Assembly (NCBI GenBank): GCA_963789265.1
Contig: CAWBKB010000003.1
Location: 64,001 to 128,000 of the forward strand
Length of the DNA: 64,000 nt
Direction: 5' to 3'
DNA from: an uncultured delta proteobacterium
GTDB lineage: Bacteria > Desulfobacterota > Desulfomonilia > Desulfomonilales > Desulfomonilaceae
Under the pieces are notes generated by a model. It worked only from the letters and a program-made list of their open reading frames with translations, searched no databases and was not told where the DNA came from. Position 1 is the stretch's first letter. Every line of letters begins with the position of its first letter. Shown piece after piece: positions 31,755 through 41,979 of this stretch. Both the position numbers and the translations under genes were made by a program.

Positions 31755-33163
31755 TCCCGGTCTGCCGCATAGGTGCTTTCTTGCCACCCTCCTCCAAACA
31801 CTCCCGTAGAGGATGGGAAACCTGTGAAGGCGCGCCTGAAACCCTCCCCTACCTCTCGCTCCCAGGTGGAATAGGCGCTAACTTGATGTCAGATTCATTG
31901 CATTTGAGGAGACCAGACGGCCGGAGGCCATCAAAGTCCCCCATTTCTAAAGGGAGATTTAGAGGGATTTTCAATGGGTTATCCCCAAACCCCCCCTGGC
32001 CCCCCTTTATGAAGGGGGGGGACCCTTTTAGACGCGGGGTCAGGTTGGCGCCTGTGGTCCCAGGTGGAGAAGACAGACTGAGGGGCGATCCGCGGTCAAG
32101 GCATAGGGCATGCTTCAACTCTAATTGCTACCGCTCCCGCGGGTTCACCTTCATTGAATTGCTCGTCGTGGTAACTATTATAACGATCTTTGCAGCAATC
32201 GCGTTGCCGACGGGGTTGCACTGGCTCACCGATTATCGGTTAACGCAGGCAGTCAGATCCTTATCCAACGCGGTTCTTATGGCCAGGATGCGCGGCATCG
32301 AGAATAGGTCGGTCATCACGATAACCACAAGTGTGACGTCAACCGACAGCCCTTTCACCGCGACTTGTCCGGGTATCATATTTACTACAAATGTAGACCA
32401 CGGGCTCACCGGGCCCAATCCGGTCGTGACCAACTACCTCGTAGATCCCACTACCCTCAGTCCTGCTCCCCCGCCGCTCTCGCCACGCTATTGGCCTGTC
32501 TCTAATTGTAAATGTGTCAAGGACCTTGGCAGCCCCCCATCCACCACGCCGACGCCGGGTGATACGGTCATGTTTTCCGGGTTAGATCACACTAAATCAA
32601 TGAATGGCGCCGAGTTCGAGGTCTTGACCATTCCCTCTTCAACTCAGTTCGCTGTGCAGCACACTTATAACGTGATCCTGGGAGACCTTCCAAGTGGCGA
32701 TACCAAGGGTACGGTGCGGAACCTGATTGCGCCCGGCAGGCTGAGGATAGTGCCCGCGACTGCTGTATTGACCACCCCCACGAACGACAACCAGGAGAAC
32801 TTTTCGTCTTCCGGGTTTACGATCAAAGAAGAGGCATCCACGATAGTTTTCAGGTACAACACAGACCAATTCCAGATTACCTTTTACGCCGGTAACCCTC
32901 CTATTCCTTCCGACACCCCTACGCTGGATCCCTCGTCAACGGCATACAATTTTGCTGAAATCAGGTTTGACAACCGTGGATTTCCTAAATCAACTCTTGC
33001 ATATAACAGTTCTTCCGGCACTATGACTACCAATCCTATTTCCACCAATACCACTATCCTGATTGCTGAAAAGTTGACCGGATCAAAGCACCGGACCCCT
33101 CGGACAGTCCAGTATCTGGTCTCGCCGACCGGTAAGGTAAATACAACGGCCTGGGAGGAGTGA
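31751..33163 (+). CDS. FimT/GspH-like minor pilin with 131-aa leader
   Basis: G|FTFIELLVVVTI, A..L..ARMRG, I.FD.RG, VSPTGKV; ATGA overlap with upstream gene. Confidence 0.85.
   Translation: MIPVCRIGAFLPPSSKHSRRGWETCEGAPETLPYLSLPGGIGANLMSDSLHLRRPDGRRPSKSPISKGRFRGIFNGLSPNPPWPPFMKGGDPFRRGVRLAPVVPGGEDRLRGDPRSRHRACFNSNCYRSRGFTFIELLVVVTIITIFAAIALPTGLHWLTDYRLTQAVRSLSNAVLMARMRGIENRSVITITTSVTSTDSPFTATCPGIIFTTNVDHGLTGPNPVVTNYLVDPTTLSPAPPPLSPRYWPVSNCKCVKDLGSPPSTTPTPGDTVMFSGLDHTKSMNGAEFEVLTIPSSTQFAVQHTYNVILGDLPSGDTKGTVRNLIAPGRLRIVPATAVLTTPTNDNQENFSSSGFTIKEEASTIVFRYNTDQFQITFYAGNPPIPSDTPTLDPSSTAYNFAEIRFDNRGFPKSTLAYNSSSGTMTTNPISTNTTILIAEKLTGSKHRTPRTVQYLVSPTGKVNTTAWEE
31870..32056. mobile_element. MITE family B (degenerate copy) inside the prepilin leader
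   Basis: Ends ATAGGCGCTAACTTGA / TCAGGTTGGCGCCTGTG; flanking TCCCAGGTGG repeated at 31860 and 32058; interior is reverse-complement homolog of 39353-39530. Confidence 0.8.
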
Positions 33164-33205
33164 CTCGCTCCAGGGTGAAACACGATATCATCTGAGGGAT
33201 TGAAC

Positions 33206-33616
33206 ATGAAGGTCTTCAGATCTGAGAAGGGTTTTACGATAATTGAGACGATAGTTGCGATGTTCATACTCGCAGTGGGCACGCTGGGCGTCGCATCTAT
33301 GCTCATGATCCACATGACCTCCGATGGACATGCGGCTCGGACGAGGCGTGCGGAATCGTTATGCATTCAAAAGCTCGAAGAGCTCAAGACTCAGGCAGGG
33401 ACGTTGACCAGCGGCTCCTCCGCGGATGACACGTATGCTTACAAATGGGACGTGTCGAACTACCAGTGGTTGGACAACAGCCAGAACTCGGGTCTGAATC
33501 AGATTGATATCACAGTGGGTTGGCCCGTGGGCGGGCCATGCACGTCTTCAACGCCGTCGAACTGCAAGAACATATTAGCGGTGACAACCTATTTCAAACC
33601 TCTACCCGGCCCCTGA
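33206..33616 (+). CDS. pilV: PilV-like minor pilin
   Basis: G|FTIIETIVAMFILAVG, KLEELK, ITVGW. Confidence 0.82.
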   Translation: MKVFRSEKGFTIIETIVAMFILAVGTLGVASMLMIHMTSDGHAARTRRAESLCIQKLEELKTQAGTLTSGSSADDTYAYKWDVSNYQWLDNSQNSGLNQIDITVGWPVGGPCTSSTPSNCKNILAVTTYFKPLPGP

Positions 33617-33634
33617 CCGAAGGCGGAGCGGCGG

Positions 33635-34642
33635 ATGAAGAATTCAAAAGGCTTCACACTGGTTGAAATGATGGTGGCGGCAGGGCTGCTGGCACTGGCC
33701 CTTGCGGGTGCAATGTCTTTTTTCATTTATCAGAGCCGGACTGGGGCGGATTCCAGCAAGTTTAAAACTGCGCGGCAAGACCTGACCCTGGCGCTCACGT
33801 TGATGAAGCGCGACATAACGCTGGCGGGATGCGGGGTTGCAGGCGATAAGACCCTTTCCCTGGTGCTAATTTCGAACTACGGAGTCGATAATGTGACAGG
33901 TGACACGCTTAACTCCACCGATAGCACGCAATGGAATGTCACTGACCTCCCGCGCCTGGTGTCGGATCCGGCGAGCGATCCGTACTTGCCGACAGGCACT
34001 ACATTCAAACCGGACAAAATCTTTGTCGAGTACGGCAATTTCTTGGACATGAATTTCGATATTAACGGAATCACTGATACTGATACGGTCTTCAAGTATT
34101 CTGCTTCGAAGGTCATAGGTGCATCTGACGTAAATTCTTTTATCTACGACATCTTCCCCATCGGCATGGATGTCTCGACCAATACCAAACCTCTGGGCGG
34201 GTTTATATGTAAAGATTGCGGAACCGGATCTGCGCCGAAAGGCGCGGAAGTCGACTGGGTGGCGACGGGGAGCAGGCCCAATGATAGCGTCACGAAGAGT
34301 TGGACCTTTAAGCTGAATACCGGCAAGAACCTCCACGGCACGGTTGCGCCGTCAATAGTGTACCGAATCGCCAAAGATACTAAACGCGAAACGTATGAGT
34401 TGCAAAGAAACGGCATTCGTATAGCGGGTGGGGATCCTGAGATGGAAGTCTATGGTCTCACGGTGAAAGATCAAAGTTCCGGAAATTCGCTGCGATTCAC
34501 CGTCAGGATCGATTATCAGGTCAAGCTCACGGGTTCACAGGCAGAATTGAACGCGCACGGACCGGGCAAGAAGACGTGGCATAAGGCTTGGATCACTTTT
34601 GAGGCAGATCCTCGAACCCTTGTGCTGAACGCAGGTTCCTAA
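33635..34642 (+). CDS. pilW: PilW-like minor pilin
   Basis: G|FTLVEMMVA, MKRDITLAG. Confidence 0.82.
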   Translation: MKNSKGFTLVEMMVAAGLLALALAGAMSFFIYQSRTGADSSKFKTARQDLTLALTLMKRDITLAGCGVAGDKTLSLVLISNYGVDNVTGDTLNSTDSTQWNVTDLPRLVSDPASDPYLPTGTTFKPDKIFVEYGNFLDMNFDINGITDTDTVFKYSASKVIGASDVNSFIYDIFPIGMDVSTNTKPLGGFICKDCGTGSAPKGAEVDWVATGSRPNDSVTKSWTFKLNTGKNLHGTVAPSIVYRIAKDTKRETYELQRNGIRIAGGDPEMEVYGLTVKDQSSGNSLRFTVRIDYQVKLTGSQAELNAHGPGKKTWHKAWITFEADPRTLVLNAGS

Positions 34643-34687
34643 GTGCTTTTTTCGTTCCGAGGCCTTGTCCTGGGATTTGCGCAGACG

Positions 34688-34800
34688 CGTAGAATGTGCT
34701 GAGCGGAACGAAGCGCATCGGTCGCGTAAACTTGCCGAGCGGCTCCGCAATGACCGAACGATGCGCTTCCCCTGCGTTCGCAGGTTCAGCACATCCTACG
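34688..34800. repeat. Inverted REP doublet (REPIN-like) between pilW and pilX
   Basis: CGTAGAATGTGCTGAGC..GAAGCGCATCG / CGATGCGCTTC..TCAGCACATCCTACG. Confidence 0.75.
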
Positions 34801-34900
34801 GATGTCGCTGAACCGGTTATTTTCCCACGGGGCTCTTGTGCCGTTGAATAACCGGGTGGAGTCCGGAAACTACAGCGCGTGACTGGAGAGGTGAAAGGAC

Positions 34901-35473
34901 ATGAAAAAGTTGTTACAAACGCGATTGAGACCGACGAACAGTGACCGGGGGAACGCAGTGGCCATAGTGCTGCTGGTCCTGGCAGTCGTGAGCCTTGTCG
35001 GAGTGGGGATGCTGACTCAGTCCAGGATAGACCTCAAGTTCGCAACCTCTTACAAGAGCCACGCCACAGCATTCAATCTAGCCGACGGTGCCGCGTCGCT
35101 GGCTTATACCACAGTGTCCTTCTCCTTCGCCCCGCCGTACGACGGCCACTCTGCGCCGCAATTGCTAAACACGCATTATTCAGATCCTCAATTTCCCACG
35201 ACGGCCGGCAATCCCACGGGAAGCCAGCTCAAGGACAGAGGCACCTATTGGCCCGTCATGATTTTCCAGGGGCCGATAACCGACCCGACGAAGATGCCCG
35301 GCTGGGGGTTTGTCGAAGATGGCCGTACGCTGGAATGTTGGATTGCTCAAGGGTGCGGGCGACGGCAGGACACTGCAGGTATAGCAGCAAACAACACCGA
35401 GGTGCGCGAGGGAAAACACCTCCCTTCCGAAACTTCCGTCCAGATAGCGACGCAGAAGTTAGCCCCGAAGTAG
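34901..35473 (+). CDS. pilX: PilX-like minor pilin
   Basis: RG|NAVAIVLLVL (no Glu5), AFNLADG. Confidence 0.8.
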   Translation: MKKLLQTRLRPTNSDRGNAVAIVLLVLAVVSLVGVGMLTQSRIDLKFATSYKSHATAFNLADGAASLAYTTVSFSFAPPYDGHSAPQLLNTHYSDPQFPTTAGNPTGSQLKDRGTYWPVMIFQGPITDPTKMPGWGFVEDGRTLECWIAQGCGRRQDTAGIAANNTEVREGKHLPSETSVQIATQKLAPK

Positions 35474-35504
35474 AAGGGAATTGTTGTCGGGCCGGCATAT
35501 TCCA

Positions 35505-35550
35505 GTAGGACCGGCATCTTGCCGGTTGGTGGGACCGGCATCTTGCCGGT
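35505..35550. repeat. Two GTAG REPs 5' of RAYT
   Basis: GT(A/G)GGACCGGCATCTTGCCGGT at 35505 and 35529. Confidence 0.9.
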
Positions 35551-35580
35551 CAGCGCGTCTCGCGAAGCCGCAACGAAACC

Positions 35581-36036
35581 ATGAAGACATCCGCCCTCAC
35601 AATCTATCGGAGAAAACTACCCCATTGGCGACTTGCCGGGGCAATGTATTTCGTTACTTGGCGTCTTGGCGTGAACCAGCTCCCTCTCGGCCCCCAAGAA
35701 AGAACCATTGTGGAGACATCAATTAAACATTTCGAAGGCCGGCGTTATAGATTAAGGGCTTACGTGATAATGGACGATCATGTGCACGTTCTGGTTCTCC
35801 CTCTCGAAGGTTTTGCGCTTCAACGAATTGTTCACTCTTGGAAATCGTTTTCCGCCAAAGAGTTAGCAAAGGCCTCGGGAAGGATAAGCCCTATTTGGCA
35901 GCGAGAGTACTTGGATCGTATTGTAAGGGATCAGGAAGAACTGATGCAAAAGGCACAATACATTCATGATAATCCCATGAGAAGATGGCCATATTTGGCG
36001 AAATATCCGTGGATGGGATTTGGCTCTGATGTATGA
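35581..36036 (+). CDS. REP-associated tyrosine transposase (RAYT/TnpA-REP)
   Basis: LPHW..YFVT, YVIMDDHVH (HUH), WKSFS, IWQ.EY.DRIVRD, YI..NP; flanked by inverted REPs. Confidence 0.9.
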   Translation: MKTSALTIYRRKLPHWRLAGAMYFVTWRLGVNQLPLGPQERTIVETSIKHFEGRRYRLRAYVIMDDHVHVLVLPLEGFALQRIVHSWKSFSAKELAKASGRISPIWQREYLDRIVRDQEELMQKAQYIHDNPMRRWPYLAKYPWMGFGSDV

Positions 36037-36039
36037 TCA

Positions 36040-36115
36040 ACCGGCAAGATGCCGGTCCTACTGACAACCGGCAAGATGCCGGTCCTACTGACAACCGGCA
36101 AGATGCCGGTCCTAC
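36040..36115. repeat. Three tandem inverted REPs (27-bp period) 3' of RAYT
   Basis: ACCGGCAAGATGCCGGTCCTAC at 36040, 36067, 36094; further copy ~36955, variants ~24142, ~47180, 56068-56127. Confidence 0.92.
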
Positions 36116-36145
36116 TAATTACATTTGTCACCAGGCCGTCGTTTT

Positions 36146-36799
36146 TTATTCTATCCACCGCACAAATTCGTTCAGATCGGCCCTCGAAGACCTGAATTCA
36201 TTGATCGGCACTGCCGGCTTCGGCTTTCCCAATGCCACGGAAATTACTAAGATCTTGGATTCCGGAATGTTCAAATGGTCTTTGACCTCGTCTTCATACG
36301 ATTTGACCAACCCTATCGGACAAGAGGCCAAACCATGAGCTGCCGACGCCAGAAGCAGATAGGCCATGAACGCGCCTATATCGGCCATCCTTTCGGAAGG
36401 ACAAGCTTCATCAAGGAATATAAGGGCCACTGCCGGCGCGCCGTAGAAATTTAGACTCCCCTCGTTGACAAAAGTCGCCAGATCCGTGCCCATCTTCTCC
36501 AGCAAATGGGCCATGCCATCAGCGCATTCTCTTGCCCTCTGAATGAAACGATCGGGGAGGGGGCGGCTCGAACCGGGGCTGCAAGTGAGGCCGCGTTCCC
36601 GAAACGAACGCATAAGCCTTCGTGAGAGTATTCTTACCTCCGCACCGAGGACAATATGCACCTCCCACGGCTGCATGTTTATTGCCGAAGGAGCCCGAGA
36701 GGCGTCGCGTACTACTTTTTCGAGCAAGTGCCTGGGTACGGGTTCATCACTGAAGGCCCTGGCGCTTCTCCGATTCCGAATGGTGTCGATAACGTCCAT
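36146..36799 (-). CDS. Nitroreductase family protein
   Basis: RRSARAF, APSAINMQPW, GLASCPIG. Confidence 0.92.
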   Translation of the reverse strand: MDVIDTIRNRRSARAFSDEPVPRHLLEKVVRDASRAPSAINMQPWEVHIVLGAEVRILSRRLMRSFRERGLTCSPGSSRPLPDRFIQRARECADGMAHLLEKMGTDLATFVNEGSLNFYGAPAVALIFLDEACPSERMADIGAFMAYLLLASAAHGLASCPIGLVKSYEDEVKDHLNIPESKILVISVALGKPKPAVPINEFRSSRADLNEFVRWIE

Positions 36800-37268
36800 G
36801 AAGAGCTTACCTCCCTCATAGTTGCAACAGTGGTCAGGTTAGTGGCAATCGGTCCACTTTTTTTGCCGCCTCGTACCTCCTTTTCGCAAATACGGTCTCG
36901 TATTCTGGTACTATAGCGCCATTCCCACGTACGCGGTCCCACGTTCGGGGGACAGTAGGACCGGCATCTTGCCGGTTGTCAGTCAGACCGGCCTCCCAGC
37001 GGGACGCGGGGTTGTTCGCGAAACGCCGGCGCTACCGTACACTCGGCACCGCATTTATGAAACGCTGTACTTAGTCCGGTGCCTACGGGGTACCTCCCCC
37101 AATCACTTGTCATGAAGTCGGAAAATAGTTATAGATCAGTTTGAGCGTTACTGGAAGGGCCTACACGATGTTACGCGGCCGGAATGATGGCTGAAGCATC
37201 GCTCAGCGGCGTCTGAAGGGTGTCGGCTTTTCTTCGGTAAGAAGCTATGCACGTCCACAGGAGAGAGT

Positions 37269-38501
37269 ATGCTCATGCGTAAAGCGGTTTTCCTTAGCGT
37301 ATGCGCCCTCGTTGTTCTGTTGTGGGGACATCACGAGGTTCGTGCCGCACAATTTGTCGATTTGTATAGAGCAGGATTGGACGCGGAAGACGCAGGGAAC
37401 TTTGATGAAGCTATAAATCAGTTTTCTGAAGCTATTAAGATGTACGGCAGTTCTGCCCAGTGCTGGGCCAAGCGGGGAGAAATTTACTTGAAGAAAGGCG
37501 ATCCCCAATCTGCCATAAAAGACCTAACTCAGGCTATCAAGCTGGACCCGGCCTACGCTCCGGCGTTTATCCGGCTCGGCTTCGCTTACAACGCCATTAA
37601 CGACTACGACCGGGCTCTTGATGCGCTCAACGTCGCGGTCAAACTTGACCCTAACTCTTCCGAGGCCCTTAACACGAGAGGCTTTGCTTACAACGGCAAA
37701 AACGACTACGGGCGCGCTATCAAGGATTTCGACCGGGCAATCCGTTTGAATCCAAGGGATGCACGATACTATAACAATCGCGGGTTCGCCCTGAATGGCA
37801 AATACCAATACAAACGCGCCATTGATGACTTTGACAAAGCTATCAAACTCGATCCGTCCAAGGCCATGTACTACAACAACCGGGGCGTGGCTCATCTAAG
37901 GTTGAAGGAGTACGACCCGGCCCTGAAGGATTTCGACAAGACCCTCGAAATAGACTCAAAATTTGCCTCGGCATATCACAACCGCGGCATGGCACTGAGT
38001 GGGAAAGGGCGTGATGATAAAGCAGTGGAAGAATTCGGCAAAGTCATTGAAATGAACCCGACTTCCGCGGTCTTATATAAGGATCGCGGTACTGCGTACA
38101 GGAAGCTGGGGGAATACGAACTGGCAGAGAAAGACTTCCGGAAAGCCATCGAGTTAAATAAGAAGTTTGCAGCCGCGTACGCGGCGCTCGGTCTCCTTCA
38201 TGCCCTGGCCCCTGAACCACCGTACCGAAATCCTGCAGAAGCGGAGCGTCTGGCTGAGAAGGCCGTTGCACTCACGAACGGTAAAAGCCCGGACATGGTA
38301 GAGATGCTGGCCCAAGTGCAGTACGCCAATAACCGGCATGCCGCTGCCCTTGATACTCTTCGTAAGGCCCTGGTTATGGACCCCGGCAACAAGGAATACC
38401 AGGATTTGTTGGCCAAGTGGGGGGAGGCAATGCCTGGCTCGCCACCGACTCCTAGTAAAGAAGCCGAAGCCAAGATAATGCCATTTCCTACCCTGTGGTG
38501 A
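37269..38501 (+). CDS. Secreted TPR-repeat protein
   Basis: Signal peptide; ~9 34-aa repeats Y.NRG..Y..A..DF..AI.L.P. Confidence 0.92.
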   Translation: MLMRKAVFLSVCALVVLLWGHHEVRAAQFVDLYRAGLDAEDAGNFDEAINQFSEAIKMYGSSAQCWAKRGEIYLKKGDPQSAIKDLTQAIKLDPAYAPAFIRLGFAYNAINDYDRALDALNVAVKLDPNSSEALNTRGFAYNGKNDYGRAIKDFDRAIRLNPRDARYYNNRGFALNGKYQYKRAIDDFDKAIKLDPSKAMYYNNRGVAHLRLKEYDPALKDFDKTLEIDSKFASAYHNRGMALSGKGRDDKAVEEFGKVIEMNPTSAVLYKDRGTAYRKLGEYELAEKDFRKAIELNKKFAAAYAALGLLHALAPEPPYRNPAEAERLAEKAVALTNGKSPDMVEMLAQVQYANNRHAAALDTLRKALVMDPGNKEYQDLLAKWGEAMPGSPPTPSKEAEAKIMPFPTLW

Positions 38502-38529
38502 GGATTCAAAAACTGAGGGGCGATTCTGA

Positions 38530-39090
38530 ATGGGTCAAGAAAGTGACGCTGTGGCCCGGTACGTCAAAGGCCATGTGCAATCGGGCCGCTCGAGCGGAAA
38601 CAGGAAAGTAGTTGCGGCCACTGCCGGGCGCTTTGAAAAGGCATTCTTGCTTCTTCCAGAAGAAGTATTAGGTCTGTTCCTGTCCGGGGCAAGAAACTTG
38701 ACCATTGTGATAATGCCGGACGTTCCCCTGCCTTTGGGCATGAGCACAAAGACCCAAGGCCCACCGGGCGCCAGAGAATACAGGATCATGATGTACGATG
38801 AACAGCAGGAGTGGCCGGAAGACCTGTTCCTGGGTGCGTTCCTGCGGGAATTGGGACATGTGGTGGCTCAGAGACCTCCAGAAGACGAGTGGCCCAGGTC
38901 ACACGGCGACCGGGCACGGTACAAAGAGAGGCTCGAGTACATCGCTGATGCCATGGTCTGGAAATGGGGGCTGAGGCATTACAGTATGCGCCATCTCACC
39001 GCAACTTACCCGCGGCACTGGGTGGAAAGAATAGTAGTGGAGATCGGGAAGATCCTGTTGGAGGAAAGTGAGGACCGGGGCTTGATCTAG
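38530..39090 (+). CDS. Hypothetical protein, zincin-like with degenerate motif RELGH..E..AD
   Basis: 186-aa ORF with RBS GAGG, directly after the TPR gene. Confidence 0.7.
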   Translation: MGQESDAVARYVKGHVQSGRSSGNRKVVAATAGRFEKAFLLLPEEVLGLFLSGARNLTIVIMPDVPLPLGMSTKTQGPPGAREYRIMMYDEQQEWPEDLFLGAFLRELGHVVAQRPPEDEWPRSHGDRARYKERLEYIADAMVWKWGLRHYSMRHLTATYPRHWVERIVVEIGKILLEESEDRGLI

Positions 39091-39261
39091 GAGTCGCTAG
39101 TGGACAAGAGACTCACGACAGCGGAATTAATCAATGGCAGGTCTTCCTTGATAGTTTTCCACAGGACTTTCATTTCGACAGCGAAATATTGATGGAATGG
39201 TTTGTCACGCATGCCGGCCATTTCTGTAAACGGAATGTCCGGATGCTCTGTTTTAAGATTC

Positions 39262-39689
39262 TGATACTAGTGCGCCATCAAACAAGTGACAATCCCCGCG
39301 ACGATATGGCGGGGCATCCCGCGTTCCGCGGGATCACCCCGGACTTCGATCCCATAGGCGTTAAGTTAACGATTTATTCCCCCCTTTCGTAAAGGGGGGC
39401 CAGGGGGGATTTTGGGATAACTCATTGAAAATCCCCCTAAATCCCCCTTCAGAAAAGGGGGACTTCGATCGCCCTCGGCCTGCATTCACCTCTTGAAAAG
39501 GAACGAAATTGCCTTAAGTTAACGCCTATGGGACTTCGATCCGGGGGCAGCGCCAGCGTCTTGCGAACAAACGGCATGGAGGCCGGCCCTACTGAATGCC
39601 GGCGTACGTGGGCATAACGACAGTCACGCCCGGGCGTGACTGTCCCACCAAAAACACGATGCCACTTGTTTGAAAGCGAATAGGTATGA
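39262..39689. mobile_element. MITE family A (copy 2) containing a nested family B element
   Basis: Reverse-orientation homolog of 24101-24295 with the same TIRs. Confidence 0.8.
39353..39530. mobile_element. MITE family B (intact copy)
   Basis: TIR CATAGGCGTTAAGTTAA / TTAAGTTAACGCCTATG; perfect 12-bp duplication GGACTTCGATCC; cargo CCCCCTTT..AAAGGGGG hairpins. Confidence 0.9.
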
Positions 39690-39834
39690 AGAATTTTCTT
39701 GGTGTGAATCGTTTCCAGAACTTGAAACTATTTGGCTCCAGAAGCCGAATAGAGTGGTACTGAAGCTGATTGAAAGACCGGAGATCATCCGTACGGCAAA
39801 GACCATGCGATGCAGGGTTCCGCTCCAGGCCGAG

Positions 39835-41562
39835 TTAGGAGCTAGGTTTCGCACTGTACTTTTTCAGTGTATGAAAGTACGTGTGAATTACGAGCGCGGA
39901 CATCAGCAGATAAGCACAGGCCAGGTGCAAGCCGTCGATGACACGCAAACCGCCAAGTTTCTCAATGATGGGCATGGTCCTGTATAGGTCGTATAGAAGA
40001 ATGCCTGTCAATATCTGGGCCGGAACCAATACGAACAACATCCAGAAAAAGAGTAATTTTTCCAGTGATTCCAGTACCGGAGGCAGATTCAAAATTCCTC
40101 GTGCAGTTTCTCGCGAACAAAGATCAGATAGCCATAATAATGTAACATCTCTATAGAATTCCGAAAGACCCCCTTGGGAAAAACAAAAAACCTGCACTTC
40201 AACCTTCCGCTCCAAACCTCATATGAGATCCAGAACACATAGTCTACCAACACTACGGCCCCACAAATATTATGAAGGTTAACAGCATTCAGGAAAGTGG
40301 TGAAGATCGGCAGAAGGTCCGGAAGCCTAAGTTGTAGGCCAGTGAGCAGCAACAAAGTGACGCAAAGCCCGTGTACCGTATGCCCTACGGTCTCCGCTAA
40401 AGGGTGTTCGAGTGCCTCGATAGTTCCCCCCCCTCTGAGTTTGCGAGTGAAAAACATCAGAAGAGCATGAAAAGACACTGCCATCAGGCTTGATAGAACA
40501 AGTGCGATCCCTAATAAATCAATCCACTTGAATCCGACCTGCCGTACCATCTTGAGTATATTTATTAGATCTTGTCTACGAATTTTGGACTCACCGAGCA
40601 GGTAAAAATCTTCAGACAGCTCTCCAGGGCCGCGCAGGAGCAAGATTTGAGGATCAACAGGTATGGTTCTGAAATCTCCTCCTTTTTCGGGAACTTCCAG
40701 AACAAGTTTGGAATAAAACCTTGCATTTTCAGAATGACAAAGCGAACAATCCTTGGTCTTCTCTCCTTTGTCAGTAAAGTTATGGGTCGGTCTCAGAACC
40801 AGGATGCTGTACGTCTAGCGAGGCCTCGGGGATTCCGTTTCTCCGAAGTTTTCCAAGGAACCAGCCGATCTCCGCGGTCGACAGCCTGCCATTGCCGTCC
40901 TGGTCCAACGTTCCGACAAGTCCTCCCTGTCCCGATTTCACGAACGGAGCAAGCCTCCCATAATTCAGGATGTTCTCTCCAGAGGGCTTGCCCTTTTCCA
41001 CAATATGAAAGACCGCTCCGATCTCCGCGTTGAGGTCGTGGCACGTGGCGCATTCCAGATAGTTAAAGTGAAGTTGCTTCTGGGGCAGCCATCTGTGCGC
41101 GTGGTACGCGTCGTGACATTTCAGACATCTCATTTTTCTATCTTCGGTGCTGAGCTGGTGGAACGGAACGCTGTAATGGGGATTGTGGCAGGAATAGCAT
41201 ATTTTCTTGGAGATCTGAGCGTGAAGGCTTCTTGAATATTGCTGGTTCACCTTTTCATGACATTTGCCACACTTGGGTTCGATCCCGATGCTATGCGGGA
41301 CCGCCTTATTTTTATCTATGGATGATATAGTGTCGTGACAGGACGTGCAGGCGATGCCTTTTCCCGCGTGAGCAGACCGCCTGAATTTGACAGGATCGAT
41401 AAATAGACTACTTCCTTTCCTGGATCGCATATCCTGGTGCGCATGACATTGAAGGCATTCATCATTTGATGGGACGTGCGCCTGTGAAGCACCATGTAAA
41501 CCCATTATAACGGCAAACGAAAGGATCGTGATCCTCAAGAGGAAAGTTGTTGGGGCGTTCAT
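39835..41562 (-). CDS. Second multiheme c (7 CxxCH)/cytochrome b fusion, frameshifts at ~40810 and ~40095
   Basis: CLQCH,CTSCH,CGKCH,CYSCH,CLKCH,CATCH, then CSLCH in the next frame; EF-hand-like DQDGNGRLS; His-bearing TM helices. Confidence 0.8.
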
Positions 41563-41682
41563 AGAGCAGTCTTCTAGCATCCTGGTCGCCGTTACCAAAG
41601 AAACAAAAAAGGAGAGGTCGTTACTCTCCCTTTTATGGCGACTTCATATGCTGACTCGCGGTCTCACCGTCGGTGGACAGGT

Positions 41683-41979
41683 TCAATTCGTACCAACTGT
41701 TTCGGCCGCAGTCTCTGCGGCCGGTACCACCGACGGTGCGTTCCTTTCCCTTAAAAGGGCGAAAAAGGCAACCGGGATCCACGCTGCCGTTAGTATGACA
41801 GGGGTGGCAAGCAGCAATCCACCGACGATGCCCAAAGCCAGATTCTGAACGACCATAGCGTAGGCCACGACCAGCAGTGACAAGAGGCCCACAGGCCCGA
41901 GGAACAGAAGCCATGCGACAAACATAGTCGCTCCGATTCGCGAACTCAATCCTTCCTCTGCTGTGTCTTTGTGTCTCAT
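41683..41979 (-). CDS. Small two-TM membrane protein
   Basis: RBS AAGGAGG; two hydrophobic helices. Confidence 0.65.
   Translation of the reverse strand: MRHKDTAEEGLSSRIGATMFVAWLLFLGPVGLLSLLVVAYAMVVQNLALGIVGGLLLATPVILTAAWIPVAFFALLRERNAPSVVPAAETAAETVGTN

Noticed and set aside
36040..36115. CRISPR array
   Set aside because: 27-bp period with identical 5-bp linkers, no unique spacers, no cas genes; these are RAYT-flanking REPs
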